From an uncultured Gammaproteobacteria bacterium (GTDB lineage: Bacteria; Pseudomonadota; Gammaproteobacteria; DRLM01): a stretch of 64,000 bases of DNA. The stretch spans positions 96,001 through 160,000 of the forward strand of contig CAVSNY010000003.1 of the NCBI GenBank assembly GCA_963729605.1, written 5' to 3'. This document shows positions 62,618 through 64,000 of the stretch, one piece after another. The notes under the pieces were generated by a model. It saw only the letters and a list, made by a program, of their open reading frames with translations. It ran no database searches and was not told where the DNA came from. A program made the translations under genes and the position numbers. The stretch's first letter is position 1; each line of letters starts with the position of its first letter.

Positions 62618-63922
62618 TCATAAAAACCCCGCCGCCAGCGTCGCGATGCCGAGGAAGGTCATGAAACCCACCACGTCGGTGATGGTGGTGAGGACGATCG
62701 ACGAGGCTTGCGCGGGGTCTTGGTCGAGCATGGTGAGCGCGATGGGAATCACCGCGCCGGCCAGGCCCGCGGCGACCATCGAGACCACCATCGCGCTGCC
62801 GATCACCAAGGCCAGTCCGGCGGAGCTCGACCAGAAATACACGGCGATCATGGTGGTGAGCGCCACCAGCACGCCGTTGATGAAACCGGTGCTGGTTTCC
62901 TTGAAGCCGATCCGCCACCAATGGCGGGCGCTGATTTCGCGCAGTGCGAGGCCGCGCATGGTGACCGCCAGCGCTTGCGCGCCGGTGTTGCCGGCCTGGC
63001 CGGCGACGATGGGCAGCAGCACGGCCAGCGCGGTGAATTAGGCGATGGTGTGTTCAAACAGGCCGACCACCGACGCGGCGAGGAAGGCGGTGGCGAGATT
63101 GATCTGCAGCCACGGCAGCCGCTTGCGGACCTTGAATAAGATGGGCGACAGGGCGCGTTCGTCTTTGCTCACGCCCACCATGGTTTGAATGTCGGCGCTG
63201 GTCTCGTCCTGCACCGCGCTGATCAGCCCGGCGTAACGCACCACGCCCACCACCCGTTGCTGGGCGTCGAGCACCGGCAGTTCGGTGATCTTGTGGGTCT
63301 CGAGGATGTCGGCGATTTCCTCGCGGGTGGTCAGCACGTCCGCCACGATCTTGGCCGGCCGCGCCAGCACGCTCAAGCTGGTTTTGCCGTTGGCGAGGGC
63401 GAGGTCCTGGATGTCCACCACGCCCTCGAGATGGCCTTCTTCGTCCACCACCAGCGCGTTGCGGGTGGTGATGCCGCGGTAGCGGCGCAGATATTTCAAG
63501 GTGTCGTTGGCGGTGATGTGGGCGCGGAAGGTGGGCACCACCGGGTCCATGAGGGCGCCCGCGCTATTGGGCGGATACTCCATCAGCCGCCGCAATTCCT
63601 TGGCGAGATGGGCTTCGAGCCGTTGCAGGTAAATGGCGCGTTGTTCCTCGTCGAGCGCGCGCAGGGTCAGCACGGCGCGGGTGGGATCGCCGCGATTCAA
63701 AATCAAGGTGGCGCGCTCCATCGACAAACGCGTGAACAAGGCGTGGGCGACGTGGAACGGCAGCCTGTCCCATACCGCGCCTAATTGCTGGGGCGGAATT
63801 CGTTCGATGAAGTCGACGGCGCGCCGCAGGCTCAGCTCGCTCAGCCATTCCGCCACTTCGGCCGGGTGGTGTTGCAAATAGTGGCGGTTGAGTTCTTGTA
63901 TGACCGCGGCGCTGTCGCTCAT
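62618..63922 (-). pseudogene. mgtE: Magnesium transporter MgtE with in-frame TAA at 63038-63040
   Basis: CBS pair, RKRLPWLQINL, GQAGNTGAQ, DPAQASS, TTITDVVGF; both ORFs share one frame, separated by HTIA*FTALAV. Confidence 0.85.
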
Positions 63923-63943
63923 CAGATGGCTCCGGATAACGGT

Positions 63944-64000
63944 TTATTTGCGCGGCTGGTTGAAGCGCTCGCCCAACACCGCCACCAGGCTGGACGAGGC
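63944..64000 (-). CDS. 3' end of an upstream gene, product unknown (truncated by window)
   Basis: Open frame ..ASSSLVAVLGERFNQPRK* ending just upstream of mgtE. Confidence 0.4.
   Translation of the reverse strand, partial: ASSSLVAVLGERFNQPRK

Overview
High-GC gammaproteobacterial chromosome segment, probably from a Calvin-cycle autotroph given a CbbY-like phosphatase and a ribulose-kinase-like FGGY kinase. Most of it is conserved core: prfB-lysS; HDOD-ygfZ-sdhCDAB-sdhE-ygfX-nadB; rpoE-rseAB-degP-lepAB-rnc-era-recO-pdxJ-acpS; tRNA-fMet-rimP-nusA-infB-rbfA-truB-rpsO-pnp; hsp20, acs, dksA; queF-smc-zipA; yebC; mgtE. The main accessory block is an ~11-kb defence locus (43035-53967). It is a type I restriction-modification operon whose hsdS-hsdR junction carries three nested modules: Kiwa (kwaAB), DarTG, and an HTH-nucleotidyltransferase/HEPN pair. 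That last pair has its own sigma70-like promoter covered by two tandem palindromic operators, which would also drive hsdR. Intergenic DNA holds several families of small palindromic repeats. One CCCTC-hairpin family repeatedly sits next to local tandem or direct duplications, and GTAG-type REPs bracket small accessory genes. Four genes are interrupted: prfB, nadB and hsdR by 1-bp indels, and mgtE by an in-frame TAA. At least the prfB break is probably a sequencing or assembly error. All family assignments come from motif recognition; no database searches were run.
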